From positions 146,010,001-146,074,000 of the forward strand of contig OX597814.1 of NCBI GenBank assembly GCA_951406725.2: a stretch of DNA of 64,000 nucleotides, read 5' to 3'. The notes under the pieces were generated by a model. It did no database searches. It was given only the letters and a program-made list of their open reading frames with translations, and was not told the origin of the DNA. The translations under genes and the position numbers were made by a program. This document shows positions 41,915 through 57,482 of this stretch, one piece after another (within the stretch, counting starts at the first letter, position 1; each line of letters begins with the position of its first letter). The stretch is from Octopus vulgaris (taxonomy: Eukaryota).

Positions 41915-42270
41915 AAAGGTTTTGCCATGCATGTGTCTGTGTTTAAGAAGCTCCTTTTGCAGTCACTTGGTTCTGGGTTCAGTACCACAGCGCAGGGCCA
42001 AAAACAAGTGTCTTCTAGTAAGCCCTGTTCCAACCAATGTCTTGTGAATTAATTTAGTAAATAAAGAAACAGATAAATAAATGCGTGAGTTTGTTTTTAT
42101 CATCCCGAAACTCTTGACAAACGACGTTGGTTTGTTTACGTTCGTGTAAATTAGTATTTTGGCAAATGACATCGATAAAAATCAAATATTGGTGTCAATT
42201 TAGTCATTTAAACTCTTGAAAGAGATGCCCTATCATGGCCGCACTTCAAACACTGAAGCAAATAAAAAAT
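41915..42270 (+). mobile_element. SINE family A, degenerate
   Basis: ggttctgggttcagtaccac...caagtgtcttctag; tail catggccgcac...ctgaagcaaataaaa. Confidence 0.65.
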
Positions 42271-43060
42271 TATCAGACAGAGAATATTGCTAGATTGTTC
42301 CTATCCAAACATTGATTCCTTCCTAGCAGAAAATTATGGTTTACCTTCGTTCAGAATTTCGTCACATTTTGTTGTTACTTATCTGTAGCTTTTCATAGGA
42401 TGACATTTCGTATAACATAATAATATTCCAGTTTCCTCTTTATATCTCTGTGTTCTGTATAAATGTAACTTTTGTCGGCTGTTGTGTAGTGTATTCTAAA
42501 TGCAGTCAGTCTTACTAATGTCTTACTAATCCAATTAAACAGCAACAGATAGTAGTATAACTGTAACTTATTACTGAAACAGCTAGATACATATTACTTT
42601 CTTTTTAGCATTTCACTCAGTTTGAAGTAGTAATTTAATGTGTCTATAATATTTCGGCCTAACCTTTTCTTTCATTCTCATGTTGTAATGTACTAGTTCA
42701 TTTGTTCTAAGTATTTACAAATCTATGTTTGATCTAATTTTCTTATCTCCTTTTCGTTATCTAACACGATATGAGTGGTTTTAATTAATTTTCGTCTCTT
42801 CAGATTCACTTGCCCCACTTTTCAAAATTGAATTTTATGCCAATTTCCCTGTTGCATCTCTATGAAACGAAGTTTCCAGTTGTTTGTGTTGTCTAACGTA
42901 CAACTTAAAATCATCAATATACCGGAAATGTTTCATTGTCATGTTATAGAACATGTATCAGCAGATAGTCTATTCGTACATGGTAGTTAAATCTGTTAGC
43001 GGAAAAGAGAAAGCGTAGATGAAGAGAGAGAAGGAGAGAGAAAGAGAAAGATAAAAAGAG

Positions 43061-43099
<39 letters not shown>

Positions 43100-44138
43100 C
43101 GTAGGTGAGAGACAAAGAAGTAGAATCCAATTTGACTTTTTCTTTTCTAGTATACTTTCCGCTTCTAACAATACATCATTGGCCTTAAAATTCTATTCGT
43201 ATAGAAATTCAAATTAGGTCACTTGTTTATATTTAGTCACTTTAACCATTTAATTGTTGGCTTGAACAAGATATAGCAGAGTACCCATGAACTTTGTTCC
43301 TGCAACATGGTAGTACCTTAAAACTTTTCTGTTTAGGTTTCTCATTCTCATTTGAGAGCGGGCAGCAAACATGAAGGATCAATATTAGAAAGTTAACGGT
43401 CAAGGGTAGAAGGATTGTTATCATCATGGATAACTTCGAGAGCTGGGTATGGAAGAAAGCAAGACATAAAAATATAGAAGTATGTCAGTTGCGCTTCGAT
43501 ATAATTGGAATGAAAAATCTGTACGACAATAAAAAGTGGATGAAGTTACGTTTAAATAAGCGTGGCAGAGGTAATAGTGGTTCAGCACGGTTGAAAGCTT
43601 GACGTGTGTTATTGAGCGTGTGAATTTTATAACGTATCCGGATTATATTTAGAGGTATTTGCACGTATAGCAACAACGACTACTAAAACGAGATAGAGCT
43701 CTCTTGTGGGGTTTTGCTGAAGATATCTAGAGAGTCACCAAATGAACGGAGTCGAAATTGTATCTAGCATTATAGAGGATAATATGTCTTTGTAATGTTT
43801 ACAAAATATTGTCAGATCTGGGGCTTATAGTTATTTGAGGTATTTTATTTCACTATATAGTCGTACTAGAAGGTGTGAGATAGAAGCTTATCTATTTGAC
43901 ATGAATGATAATTGTGAATTCTTAATTTTCACTTTGTAGATTATATTCTGACCCATATCAAAATATCGATTTTGACTTTACGTCAAATCTTTTGTCCAAA
44001 ACATATGTCCAAATTAAGTACGACACAGACTAGCAATACTAATACAGTGCAATCAATTACATTAAAATGGCTCTTCTACGCAGAGAAACCTCTCTATATA
44101 ATGTAATACGACATGATATATATATACGTGTGTGTGTG

Positions 44139-44245
<107 letters not shown>

Positions 44246-44303
44246 CCACTTATATATCATGCGTGTGTGTGCGTGCGCGCGCGCGCGTATATATATATTT
44301 CTT

Positions 44304-44336
<33 letters not shown>

Positions 44337-44427
44337 TAGATTGATAGATTGAAAGATATATGTATATATATATATATACATATATATATATGTATATATA
44401 TCTATATCTATATATATATATATATGT

Positions 44428-44470
<43 letters not shown>

Positions 44471-44562
44471 GGTTAATAGATTGATAGATATACTCTTATT
44501 ACGTAGAAGTTGGAATAGTGTTGAAGATCTAATCGTAACCACAATTTTCCAGGTTCAATACC

Positions 44563-44793
44563 TATTTCTTTACTACCCACAAGGGGCTAAACACAGAAAG
44601 GACAAACAAGGGCAGACAAACGGATTAAGTCGATTATATCGACCCCAGTGCGTAACTGGTACTTAATTTATCGACCCCGAAAGGATGAAAGGCAAAGTTG
44701 AGCTCGGCGAAATTTGAACTCAGAATGTCACGGTAGACGAAATACGGCTACGCATTTCGTCCGGCGTGCTAACGTTTCTGCTAGATCGCCGCC
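44563..44793 (-). mobile_element. SINE family B (tRNA head, Nin-domain-like core), full-length with TSD
   Basis: Head ggcggcgatctagcagaaacgttagcacg...gagttcaaat; core cctttcatcctttcggggtcgataaattaagtaccag. An 18-bp TSD ttttccRggttYaatacc lies at 44545-44562 and 44794-44811. Confidence 0.9.
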
Positions 44794-45126
44794 TTTTCCG
44801 GGTTTAATACCACTCTATACTAGTTTTGCCAAATGCTTTTACTATAAATGCGGGATGACACAAGCCAAGTAATGAAAATTGTGTAAAATAGAAAACGTGC
44901 AAAAACCGGGAAGATATGTGCTACTTGATATATCTATGTAATGACGTGCCACACATTGCTTCACACTATTTCAGATTCAAAGTTATGTTCAGGAGAACCG
45001 CATGTGTAGAATTCACAGAAACCTCTCCAAGTAGGTGCTTCAGTGTAAAGAATAAGTGAAGACTAAATGTCTAAACCGTTTTAGAACATGTTATAATACA
45101 CAAACACACACATACACACATACATT

Positions 45127-45203
<77 letters not shown>

Positions 45204-48200
45204 TGTGTGTGTGTGTGTGTTTGTGTGTAGAAAGATCTCAATACATACATAAACACACACACATATATATATATATATATACCTATGTGTGTGTGTAGTT
45301 TTAATAAAAAATGCATCATCTACATCATGAATTGAGCTCTCGTATCCCATTCGTCAGATATTAAAGACGGTACATACACATGTGCGTCTGGGCATGTGCG
45401 TCTGAGCGTATGCGTCAGAGCGAGTGTGTCTGCGTGTATGTGTGTGTGTTTGCACGCGCCTTTGTGCGAGCGTGTGCACGTGTGTTTATGAGAATACGAA
45501 CTAGTACTACGTTCAATCCCAGACCATAAAGGCAATTCGTTCTCAGGTGGATGTATTTCATATATAAAAAGCGCCTATACTGAATCCTGTTCTCACACTT
45601 CTCTCCTTCAACATCCATTAAGTTTTCTTTTCTGCGAATTACATGTTCAGGGCCAAATTGTTGTCTTGCACTTGGAAAATACTTTTCATATCCATGTTTC
45701 TGTTGATATATGTGTATGTTATTCATGTTTACGAAGCTGTATACAACCTGCTTGATTTTATCAGTATGGTGTATCATACTCTCCCTGGCTATATTTTAAT
45801 CATTTCTCGCTATCTATAACTTGTTTTGTACATATACATATTCCCCAAACTATCTCAAAGGGAAGGTGTCAAGGTGGCGAAAAAAACAAACCTATTTAAT
45901 GATGGGACACAGCAACAGAATTGCTGTTGAGTTTACATAAGTAAATTTATTTTATCTTCGAAATGGATGTTACCCTCAGTGATGTGTCCTATTTCGTTAT
46001 TTCTTTGAATTCCTATTATTTCTACTTAATTATGCCTGCCAGTCTTCGTTTTTCAACCCCATAAAACATAATCCCGGTTTATTCCCTTGCTGATGCGCCA
46101 CAAATCTATTTTATATTCCGATTCATATTGGCATCTATTGTTGTTTTCTAATCTATTCTGAATTCCGCTGAGTAGCAACCGTATTTTACAATAATATATA
46201 CGTTGACATTATTTATTCCCTATGGTTATCAAAATATATATATTTTGCATTAGCTAGATTTGTTTTATTAAAGACCTATCAAAATATGACTGAACTGAGA
46301 ATGTTCATTCCTTACTCTTCCTTTACTTTATTGAATCATTTCAAGTTTATTCGGTATTTGAAAAATGATTAACTTGTCAAGGATAATTTGAAAACGAAAT
46401 TATTAATAAAGTCTATTTACTGAAACATATAAAAGACCAAGTGATTTTCTGTCGTATTGGTTCTTCCCTCTAGCACAAAGAAACTACTTGAATATCCTCT
46501 TACAAAACTCCAGTAAATATTTTGCTTGGGGGATGAATGTAGCACGATTTACGAAATCGTGATAGCAATATATCTTGAAATGGTGTGTCTACCTCCGAAA
46601 ATATTTTATTCATTTCATAACTTAATCATTTATGAAAGGAATTTAAAATTATATTATTTCCATGATTTCGGTAAAAATGATGAATACGAACAAAATAAAT
46701 GTTTATGTATTCATGACTATGAGTTCGATTATTCAAGTTGTGATAATGTAAAATATGTGTATATATAATGTTTGACTATCTGGCTCTGAGACATGTTATA
46801 TGTGCTTGTATATTCGTCGCGGGGGCACTCACACACACTGTCACACACATGCGCGCGTACTTGTACATAAACTCATCTACGCGCGGGTACATATACACAC
46901 GCATTTCTACATGTACTCCAATGTGTGTATATATACGAAACGTGCAAATCTTTATGCATGTTCGTAGTGGATTGCTTTAGTGCGTTTAAATCTATGTGTG
47001 TTGTATAGGATATGGTGTAACATAATGATTACATTACTATTGGTTTTGAATTTCATAGAATTCACATAAACGCATAGATTCACACGCACTGCTTCCATTT
47101 TATGTCGTGTATAAAATTTTCCGTACACTTTACAAGGAAGTTCTGTCTTCGAGTAAATGTTGCTCACAACATTTCTTATACGTGTTGCATACAAATAAGG
47201 TAATTACAAACGTAACTGATTATACGATCATTGGAATAAATGCGCATATAAAAGAATATGTGTAAAATTAAACACCGAATTTTGTAAGCCTGTAGCCATT
47301 AACGCTCCATAAGATTAAGTTAAAGATTTATTAAGAGCCAATACTGTTAGCTCATAATTACATATACAGAGACTGATAATTTATGAACAAATGGAGCACA
47401 ATTCGTAATACAAACAGACGAATAGTACATTCCACTATTGTGTGTGTGTGTGTGTGTTTGTGTGTAAATGTAACTACACGTGGATTGTTGTCGATTATGC
47501 ATATACATCTATATAAATATATACACACACATACTTATATGTACATACATACATACTTATATGTGAGCGTAGGTGAGTATGCATTTGTGTTGAAGTGTAT
47601 GTAGTAATATGTTTAAATGTAAGGTATTCTCTAAGTGTGGGTATTCTGACGACTCTATCGAAAATAATATGAGATCACGTGCGTAGTTCGTCATAACACT
47701 TATAGTAACGCTTCTTGTTCTTCCTAGTTGTAAGTAAATGAAGGGTTAAGATCGGAAGCAATGTGCCGTCCTTTACCTCTTGGCATTTTGTGAAACAAAA
47801 TCAGTCCAACATCGATGTTGGACCGAGATAATACCGTTGAGGAGAGCAATGCAGACACGAATGGGTGAAGTTTAAAAAACGGGAAAGGTTCATTGGAGAT
47901 ATAGCATATAACATCAGTTTCGATCACTGATAAGGTGCGTTAATGAACACACGAATTGTTTCAGGTGTACTTACGAGATACATACTGAGTTTGTTGCACA
48001 TATGGTCTAACTGCAGTATCAATGCATTACAAAATATTGTAGAAAACGTTTGCTACTGTTGGCAGTGCGCAAAGTGCGTACATCGGTAGCTGGCACTCAA
48101 TTTGAGGGGGGGGGGGATAGTGTCGAAGTCTCTTCTAATGGACGCATTTGAAGTCAATGAAGATACACGTTTCGATATTACGAACTAGTACAGGGTTTGA

Positions 48201-49480
48201 ATATGGGTGTGTATTTCCTACTAGGAAATGAAGATTCAATGGGTATTTATCACAGGTTATCATTGCTGCAATCGTTCGTATTTAATTGACAGTACTTTGT
48301 GTCAATGTAAAGCTGTACGCATATTCACTGAAAGAGGGTAGGGCGAAAACTGAAAGAGTTAATGAATCTTTGTCAAGGTAGTAATTAACGAGACTGAAGC
48401 AACAATGAACAATGCAATCACCCCATTCCTGAAAAACATTCGAAAACATACTTGTTTTATTTCCCGGTGAAGAAGTATGACAATTGCAATTGTTTCAATA
48501 AATAAGGAAAGAGAACAATGCATGAAGCGAAGCCAATGGAATATATTATTATTTACCGTTGCTATGGGCACTACAGAATGACCTAGAATCTCCTTATTTG
48601 TGAATGATTTGGCATGAAATTCTAGGTTGTTACTGTCATAGTAATCTAATCTCATTCGCTCTCTCTCTCTCATACACACACATGTTATATACAGAGTACA
48701 TACATATATACACATATATAAATAGATGTATATGTGTGCGTGCATATGTATGTTCATACATACGCCTACGCATATAAATATATGCGTGTGTGTATACATA
48801 AACATGAGGATATATATACATATACGTGCGTAAATACACACAGACACACACACAGATATATAACCACACATACACACACACACATATATATATACAAACC
48901 ATTTATTACATCTACACTTTTCAGTCGTGAACGTATTTATTAGTTTTCCTAGGAAAAGTTTGACCGTGTCTTCATAATTATGTACGTATGCGTATATGTA
49001 TATATGCATGTATGCATGTATGTATGTATGTACATATATATGCATACCTATACATGTATATACATATATATATATATAGTATGCATACATGTGTGCATGT
49101 GTGCATATATTCGTGTATTAGTGTGTATGAGTGTTTTGGTGTGTCTGTGTGAAGGTGGGTACTGGAATTAGGAAAGAAAATAAGTGATACTAAGCGAGGA
49201 GTTAGGCAGACTGACAACCGGCAGGCGCACAGTAATTATAAAGAGATGTAGAAACCAGATAAGTAAATCAGAGAATGCTTAAATCCGGTGAATTGATGTG
49301 GTATATTTTACCATACTTCCAATAAACGTATAGACATAACAAAATTCGTATTTTGCGTTTGAACCAGAAAGAATTTTGCGTATACAGTTAATGGTTAGAT
49401 GAATTCCTTCAGATACCAAAAACAAGATTATTACTTACTGGACAATTGTATACAAGCACACACATTTATAAAGACGTTCC

Positions 49481-49524
<44 letters not shown>

Positions 49525-49910
49525 TACATACATTTACTTAATGTTCACAAATAGAAAAGGTAACGGTTTTCCGATTATTAACGAAAGACCACCAACGTGT
49601 ATTTCTCACTATTCGCAAGACTAAGTTATACATCAGCAACACGAAGAAAGTTTATATGTTGCTCATTAGACAAGCAACAACGGGAAATAATATACAATTG
49701 CTCATAGTCAAATTACATTTGCATGGCGTATCATGTTTGTTCCAAGGAGAAATAAAATGCGAACATCAGATGAAGCATAACAGTCACGCAAAGGCACAAA
49801 TGTATTCATCATCAACACCACCGTAAAAATCTTTTACTACTACTACTACTACTACTACTACTCTGCAAGTGACATGGTGACAGCTTACCCTGACGTGCTA
49901 CGATTAACAC

Positions 49911-49976
<66 letters not shown>

Positions 49977-50185
49977 TCTTTCTACTGTAAGAACAAGGCC
50001 TCAAATTTGGGGAAGGGGTTTACGTCGATCCAATCGATCCCAGTGCATAACTAATACTTAATTAATTGACTCCGAAAGGATGAAATGCAAAGTTGACCTT
50101 GGCGGAATTTGAACTCAGAACGCAATGACGGACGGAATGCTATTAAGCAAAATGTTTAGTGACGGAATAACGATTCCACCAGCAA
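49977..50185 (-). mobile_element. SINE family B copy within (TAA)n
   Basis: ccgaaaggatgaaatgcaaagttgaccttggcggaatttgaactcagaa matches the 44563-44793 copy. Confidence 0.8.
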
Positions 50186-50252
<67 letters not shown>

Positions 50253-50254
50253 TT

Positions 50255-51515
50255 ATTCATTTATTAGCCACAAGGGCTTACATAAAATTACATTAAGAGA
50301 CATACAACAACATAAAAGACAAAAACAGGACAATACAATTGATTTTATAACGTGCAAACTATATATAACGATTAAAAATTAAACAATTTAAAATTCCCAA
50401 TAGGAGAGACGCATTAAGGACCTCGTGATGAAACCCACAAAAGTCACGGGTGCACGAACAACAGGGCAAGATGCCTTCTTTTGCTTACCGGTGCACGCTC
50501 AGAATTGATCCTTTTACAATGGTCATTCTTCCAACATTCACCCACCTTTCAACAAACTTGATACAAGGCAACACTTCCCTTTCCACCCTCAACTTCCTTT
50601 TCAAGTGAAACTTGAAAAAGATGGGGCCTTGGCCAAAAATGAAAGTGCCAGTCTTTAGCACTTTCAAACAGGTCCACCATATTATCTTTTTCGCTACAGC
50701 CATTAGACAAATAACAGTTGCCTTCCTCTCCCGACACACAGAAGGCGGCGGGGCAATCTTCACAATGGATTCAGCTGATGGCCGGATTCGTCCTATGCGC
50801 AATAGAAGGTGTTCGACAGGAGAGCTATACTCAGGCACTGGACTAGGGCGTGCAGAACGGTTTCATCGTTCTGGGCGCATCTCGGAAAGGCCCGGCTGAC
50901 GGCACTTTCGTGCCTGTAAAGTTTATTTCGGACAGGTAGCGCCCCTAATTACTGTCAGGAAGGGATTTCTGGACGCTGTCGATAGGCCCAGGTCCGAAAG
51001 TCCTCCGAAACAGACCGGTTTGTTGATCTTCATCGATGCCCAGATTTTGCACGAGAACTCGTCACACTTTTCCTCCACTAGCCCTGTATAGAGCGCTAGA
51101 TTAGGACTACAACTACCAGCAACCGCACTGCCCGCCTGTCGGAGGGCTGTGAGAGCTTGACGGCACTCGCCGTGCCAAGCGCCCCTCCTCGGTCTACGCC
51201 TATAATCCAGGATTGCAACTCATTCAAAGAGACGAGCTCTGGAAAAGCGTGTCTTACAAACGGTGACCACACCTGCTAATCGTCAAGGAAAGTAAGTGCA
51301 GTAATAGATGACGAATGCGATGAACGCATTCGGCACCTGAGTTCGACCTTTCTCTCGGCCCATTTCTGGGGGAGATTGGGTACCCTGCTCGTCACCTCGT
51401 CCCAGTTCTCTACCTGGGAGTCCAGACCAAATCAAACTCCGAACAACTACTGTCCAGCACCCTACCACGCTGTTGGACGGCATAGATTTGCTTCTCCAGG
51501 TGCCGAGTTGCAAGC
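50255..51515 (-). mobile_element. L1/Tx1-like LINE, 3' part, pseudogenised
   Basis: LFGVxFG-like segment, the knuckle ALPVRNKLYRH...FPRCAQNDETVLHALVQC (CCHC-type), and ORF 50485..50838. The 3' end is agcccttgtggctaataaa followed by (TTA)n. Confidence 0.85.
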
Positions 51516-51744
51516 CAAGCCCACTGACTTTCCTGTGTTAATTTTGGCTCCTGTCACCGCTTCATATATCTGTATTGTTTCGCCTATCATGTCTATATGT
51601 CTATGGTTCGACAGTTTGACGGTGACATCATCAGCGTAAACACACGCACTTCTGCCACATCCTGATAATAAAACACGTGGAAAAAGAAAAACTGTTTCTT
51701 GTTTTTAAGGAAGCTGAGAAATACAAAAAGAAATCATAGTGCTG

Positions 51745-52036
51745 ACCATTATGAAGAAAATTTTGCATATGCCTCTGAGCAAGTATCGCCAAGCTTTGGG
51801 CAAAATTTGATGCAAGTTTTTGCTCAGCCTCATCTGTGATGGTAAATGCAGCGATCAAACGGTACACACATTCCTTCCAAGCACTGCTGTAAACAGCAGA
51901 AATGAGGTAGAAAATTAAAACTAAATGCAAATGAACAGCAGAGTTCAAGGTCAATCTTTCTCAAGCGGTTTCACCCTACGTGTTTTAGTTTCAGAACTAC
52001 GGCGACAGTCCGGTTACTTATTGATCAGAACTCGTA
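51745..52036 (-). mobile_element. mariner-like transposon, 5' fragment
   Basis: Terminus TACGAGTTCTGATCAATAAGT; N-terminal remnant CIKFCPKLGDTCSEAY (EQRxxIKFCxKLG motif). Confidence 0.65.
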
Positions 52037-52571
52037 AGCTTATTGCAACTTTCGGTTTCATATATTATTATAACAGATCTGCCTATTAACTCAATCAGTG
52101 ACAGTTTGCTGACTGCAAAAATAATAAGAGAACTCTATTCGAAGTGATTCCATCGTTCCTCACTTCCAGTGTTTCATGCTGAGGCGGGAATGTAAGCATG
52201 AATTAGTCTGGTTGGAGTGGCTAGCTTTCTTACGGGTTCGAATATGCTTGAGGTATATTCGAACTGGTTGTATGTTTATATATATAAGAATAAGATCTAA
52301 ATATAACTTTTATATTTGCTCCACTGCTAAAACTGTTTGCGTTGTTTGTGGTTTATTGTGGTTTCTGTTTTTGAATGCTACATAAATTTTCGACAAATAA
52401 TCCTCGTTAAAATCAGTGAGAGACTTGGATATGTACTAAGCTGGATATGTTCAATCTATCACTTCCTGACTTTGTTCCATTATGGATGTATTACAGTGAT
52501 GGAATATTGAAGTAACTCATACGCACACATATGCATACATGGCGAATACACACTCACACACACATATGACA

Positions 52572-52602
<31 letters not shown>

Positions 52603-52645
52603 ATCTATCTATTTATATATCTATCTATCTATCTATCGATATATA

Positions 52646-52699
<54 letters not shown>

Positions 52700-52704
52700 A
52701 TCTA

Positions 52705-52780
<76 letters not shown>

Positions 52781-53583
52781 TGTACTATAGATATGTGAAG
52801 AGAGAAAGAGAGAGAGAGTGAGAGCAAGAACGGAATTGCGGGAATGAAAAAGAGCTTATTGTTTATGTGTCTGGTCATTTATCCAGATGGAGACAGATAA
52901 ACTTATTTAAGCAAGTGCTTTCCTCCGATACATTATCACTATAGAGCTGAAGCCATATTGAAAGCATATGTGATCAGAAATAACATTCATGAAAATGTAA
53001 ACATGACGCCTAACAACAGGCTGTTATAAACCAGCCTTAGTGTATATTTGCAGAGTTCATCGAAAGAAGCATTTAACTCTAGAATATTCTCGGCGATCCT
53101 ATGTAGGCTCTATATCCCTAACCCACGTGCGTTTTCGTTGTTGTTGTTCTTCCTTTGTCTTCTGTTTTTCTAACCACCCTCCTTAGACATTCTTGATTTA
53201 CACTTCCTACCAAAGACCATATCCATTTCAATATTTCAAGTAACATTGCTTGTACAGTATGATTGCTAAAACAATAAACTTTGTGCTGCCTGTGCAAAAA
53301 CGCTTGCCGTCTATAATAGCTGCAGGGAATGCCAAGCTGAAAACTTACTAATGTTTACTCAAATCTTACACAAATGGAAGCTACTGCTATCCACTTCAAA
53401 CATTAATATATATCTAACAGTACTGTTGTTTTCCCTTCTAAATACAGCTTCACATTTTCACTCTAGTCATAATATATATGAACTATTATCGTATTTTGCT
53501 AAGTAGTAGCAGTAAGATATAAGAGATTATACCAATGTATTTTATTGCATCAATTATTCGATGGGAGATATGATGATATAACC

Positions 53584-53618
<35 letters not shown>

Positions 53619-53731
53619 CTTGCTACAAAAAGCCTTACACACACAAAAATTATGCACACAGCCTTAGACACAACAGTTATATATATAATCTATATATATA
53701 TATATATACATGTAAATACATATATATACAT

Positions 53732-53807
<76 letters not shown>

Positions 53808-54165
53808 ATATATATACAGACACAGAGGCGTGCACATACGCACACACACACAGACACACAGAACGGATATATTTAGTTATATGGTTGGAGCGTAGATGTA
53901 TATGCATATACACCTAAAACTTGGAGGTTACATATCAGAATATCTGATTCATAAAAATATAAGTTGGCTACAGGCAATGTTGAGGTAGAGCGGATGTCAG
54001 TATGGCAGAATAAACTCTGAACAGGCGGAAGCAAACCTGGAAATCGTTTATTGCAAGTTGTGCAGAAGTAGAAAAATATATAAATTTTATATATAAATCT
54101 GGAGGGTAGTAGTTTATAGTGAATAAAAGCACAAATGCCTACATACATACATAAATACACACACA

Positions 54166-54225
<60 letters not shown>

Positions 54226-54910
54226 GATGTATACATATATGTTCATACAAAAATAGGGATGTATATGTATACATGCATATATATATATATGTATATATAT
54301 ATGTGTATGTATATATATGTATATATATATGTATATATATATATGTATATATATACGTGTGTGTATATATATGTTTATATATATACATATGTGTGTGTGC
54401 GTGCGTCTGTGTGTATGTGTGTTTGTGTATAATTCATATGTGTACCTATTTCAAGAGCCTTTTCATCTTTCCTGGTATTGTTTTGATACTCATATGGACG
54501 TAGATATGAATTAATTCAGAAATTCAATATGTCTAACATATTCGATTTATTGAAAGCGATTTTTACAACCAATTCCATTTCAAATTCTCAATATTTCGTT
54601 CAAGTTTTATTTTGATTTTCTGCGCAAAATGAAAAATGTTTACTGGTTGTAATTATAGTTGTTATATGCATCATCGTTTGTTCCTAAATGTAAAAAAAAA
54701 AAAAGTGAATTGCATAATATTAACTAGGTTTTATGAAATTCACTATTTCTTATTAAGAAAATTCACGATAAATTACAGAAAAAAATTCGAAAACACTTTA
54801 TATCTATAAACTCTTTGTTGCAACATGAATAATATTTCCTCAATATGTCTGCGAAATCGGTACATCTGAAATAGATATTTCTGGGTTTAATATTTGATAT
54901 ACATATCTGT

Positions 54911-54978
<68 letters not shown>

Positions 54979-54989
54979 ATGTGTTTATG

Positions 54990-55130
54990 TATAAAACAGT
55001 CTTCGAGTTTCCGTCTAGCAAACCCACTCACATCTCTTTGGTCGGCCCAAGGCTACAGTAGAAGACAATAGAAGACACTTCTCCAAGATGGTACGTAGTC
55101 GGACTGAACGCGGAATCATGCAGTTGGAAA
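54990..55130 (-). mobile_element. SINE family A fragment
   Basis: gtttccgtctagcaaacccactcaca...ggtcggcccaaggctacagtagaagaca. Confidence 0.7.
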
Positions 55131-55315
55131 TATGTATGTATGCATACATGTGTTTGTATAAGTATGTGTTTGTGTGCAGGCGTGTCTCTGTGTGCTTGCG
55201 TGCATGTATACCTAAAAACTGTTTTAAAATGACATAGCGAATGCTTTGATGTGTTGTTTCTTCCTTTGACATAGCCTCCCTCAGTTGTGGCCGAAATATA
55301 ACTGAGCATACTTAA

Positions 55316-55399
<84 letters not shown>

Positions 55400-56342
55400 C
55401 CATAAATATATTACTAAACACAAATAGTATTTAAATTGTAAACGCCTTTTGTGTTTACATTTTTTTGTTACACCACACCAATTATCCAACGGTAAGTCTC
55501 GTTTTGCAAATTCGAAATTGTACTTGTATATCCATATCTAAACTATACTGACAAACGCCTGAAGTCGACAATGCTGTTTTATTTCACTGTGATCTGAACG
55601 ATATATGTACCAGACGTGAAATATAACTGACGTTGATGTAATCGAGTATATATCCTTTTTTTTTATTATAGGCCTTCGTTATTACATTCCAATTTATTTA
55701 GATTATATATTTACGTATTTGTGTTGGGTTGTATATTTCCCGATAGAATATGAGGACATATTACAAAGCAAAAAAGTAAAGGGAAAAATGAATTTTGAAA
55801 CCTGAAGTTTTAATTTTAGTTTATACAATGATATATTGATCATGTTTTAGAGGTAATCAATTATGTGGAACATCCTCTCATAGATTACTGCCTGATAGCC
55901 CCTACCCTGTCATAGGAAAGTATCGATTCACTGTTACTTGTACATTAAAATTTCTGTAACATGCGAGAGATTATTGGGGACTCACGAATGAAAGCTACGT
56001 AATTCGATCACGTAGTTTAAATTGCGTTTGCAAGCAAAGTCGCCGATCTATATTTACTAAAAGCATTCGTGTATTTAGGATACATCACTCGTACTTTCCA
56101 AAGACTGTATGATAAAAGCTCGTTTAAGTAGGAATTATTAGTCAAATAATGTTCAGATATCGAACGTATCACTTTCTGAAGTTTCGTATTGTGTTTTCAC
56201 TTCCTTTTATTTTAATCTAAATAAACGTAATATCAATAACTACATTCATTTTCAGTATACGCTATTTTGCAGTTTAGGCAAATACTTTTGATGAGGTGCA
56301 ATTCTTGTGACGTATGCGAAATTCTAAGTAACGATGATTTTA

Positions 56343-56902
56343 TTGGGTTGTCCGGAAACTTCGTGCCGATTTATAGTAGCTTAAATATCAACTTATTTTA
56401 GAACATGGTTAAGTCCATAAAATAGGATTTGACTACACCACCATTTAGAGCACAGCTATCTTTTCGTGGAAGAAGGTTTATGTTCCTATAACCTGTGTTA
56501 ATTCTGTTATCCTTTAAAATGGAAGATAAGAAAGTTCATTTTCGGCACTTGATGCTTTGGGAACCAGACAAAAATTGCTGCAGCTTGGCTAGGATGTGTT
56601 ACCACACCCTCCATATTCACCAGATATTGCTCCATCGGATTTCCACTTATTCATGTCTCTGGAGAATAGACTTAATGGTAAAAATTTCAATTCCTTAGAT
56701 GGCGTAAAAAGATATCTTGATGAATTCTTTGCCATGAAGCCCCCTTAATTCTGGGAAGAGGGTATTTTCCAGTTAAAGGAAAGATGGAGACGCATTGTGC
56801 AATAAAATATTTCATATTTGTTTGTTTAAAAATGTAATGGCAAGTATTTATTGACCTTTTTCTTTCCTTTAAAAATCGGCACGAACTTTCCGGACAATCC
56901 AA
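56343..56902 (+). mobile_element. Internally deleted mariner (560 bp)
   Basis: ~30-bp TIRs ttgggttgtccggaaacttcgtgccgattt (2 mismatches) with TA on both sides. MEDKKVHFRHLMLWE is fused to VLPHPPYSPDIAPSDFHLF. Confidence 0.95.
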
Positions 56903-56976
56903 TATTTAGCTTTCGATTCAGTGGATAAAGGCATATATCATAGTCATTAAATGTAATATGTTTTATTATATATTGA

Positions 56977-57128
56977 TGGCGGCGAGCTGGGCAAAATGCT
57001 TAGTAGCATTTTTCTGAGTTCAAATATTGTCGAGGTCGACTTTTACTTCTATCTCTTTGGGCTTGATAAAACAAGTATCAGTTGAACACCGAACTTGCTT
57101 GCATTGTGTCAGTATTTGAATCCAATAT
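56977..57128 (+). mobile_element. SINE family B, degenerate
   Basis: ggcggcgagctgg...ctgagttcaaat...gaggtcgacttt. Other eroded copies lie near 4215-4320, 6520-6690 and 23250-23400. Confidence 0.7.
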
Positions 57129-57130
57129 AT

Positions 57131-57482
57131 TCTTTTATTTGTTTCAGTCATTTGAGTGCGCCCATGATGGAGCACCGCCTTTAGTTGAACAAATCGACCT
57201 CAGGACGTACTTGTTCTATCGATATCTTTGGCCGAATTGTCAGGTTATGGGGACGTAAAGCCACCAGCATCGGTTGTCAAGTGATGTCGGGGGTGGGGGG
57301 GGACAGACACACAGACACATATTTACGACGGGCTTCTTTCAGTTTCCATCTACCAAATCTACTCACAAAGCTGTCGTTGTCCCGAAGCTATATTAGTTGC
57401 CCAAGGTGCCACGCAGTGGGACTGAACCCGGAACCATGTGGTTGGTAAGCAAGCTACGTACCACACAGCCACGCCTGCGCCT
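57131..57482 (-). mobile_element. SINE family A
   Basis: Matches 10223-10634 over both head and tail. Confidence 0.9.
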
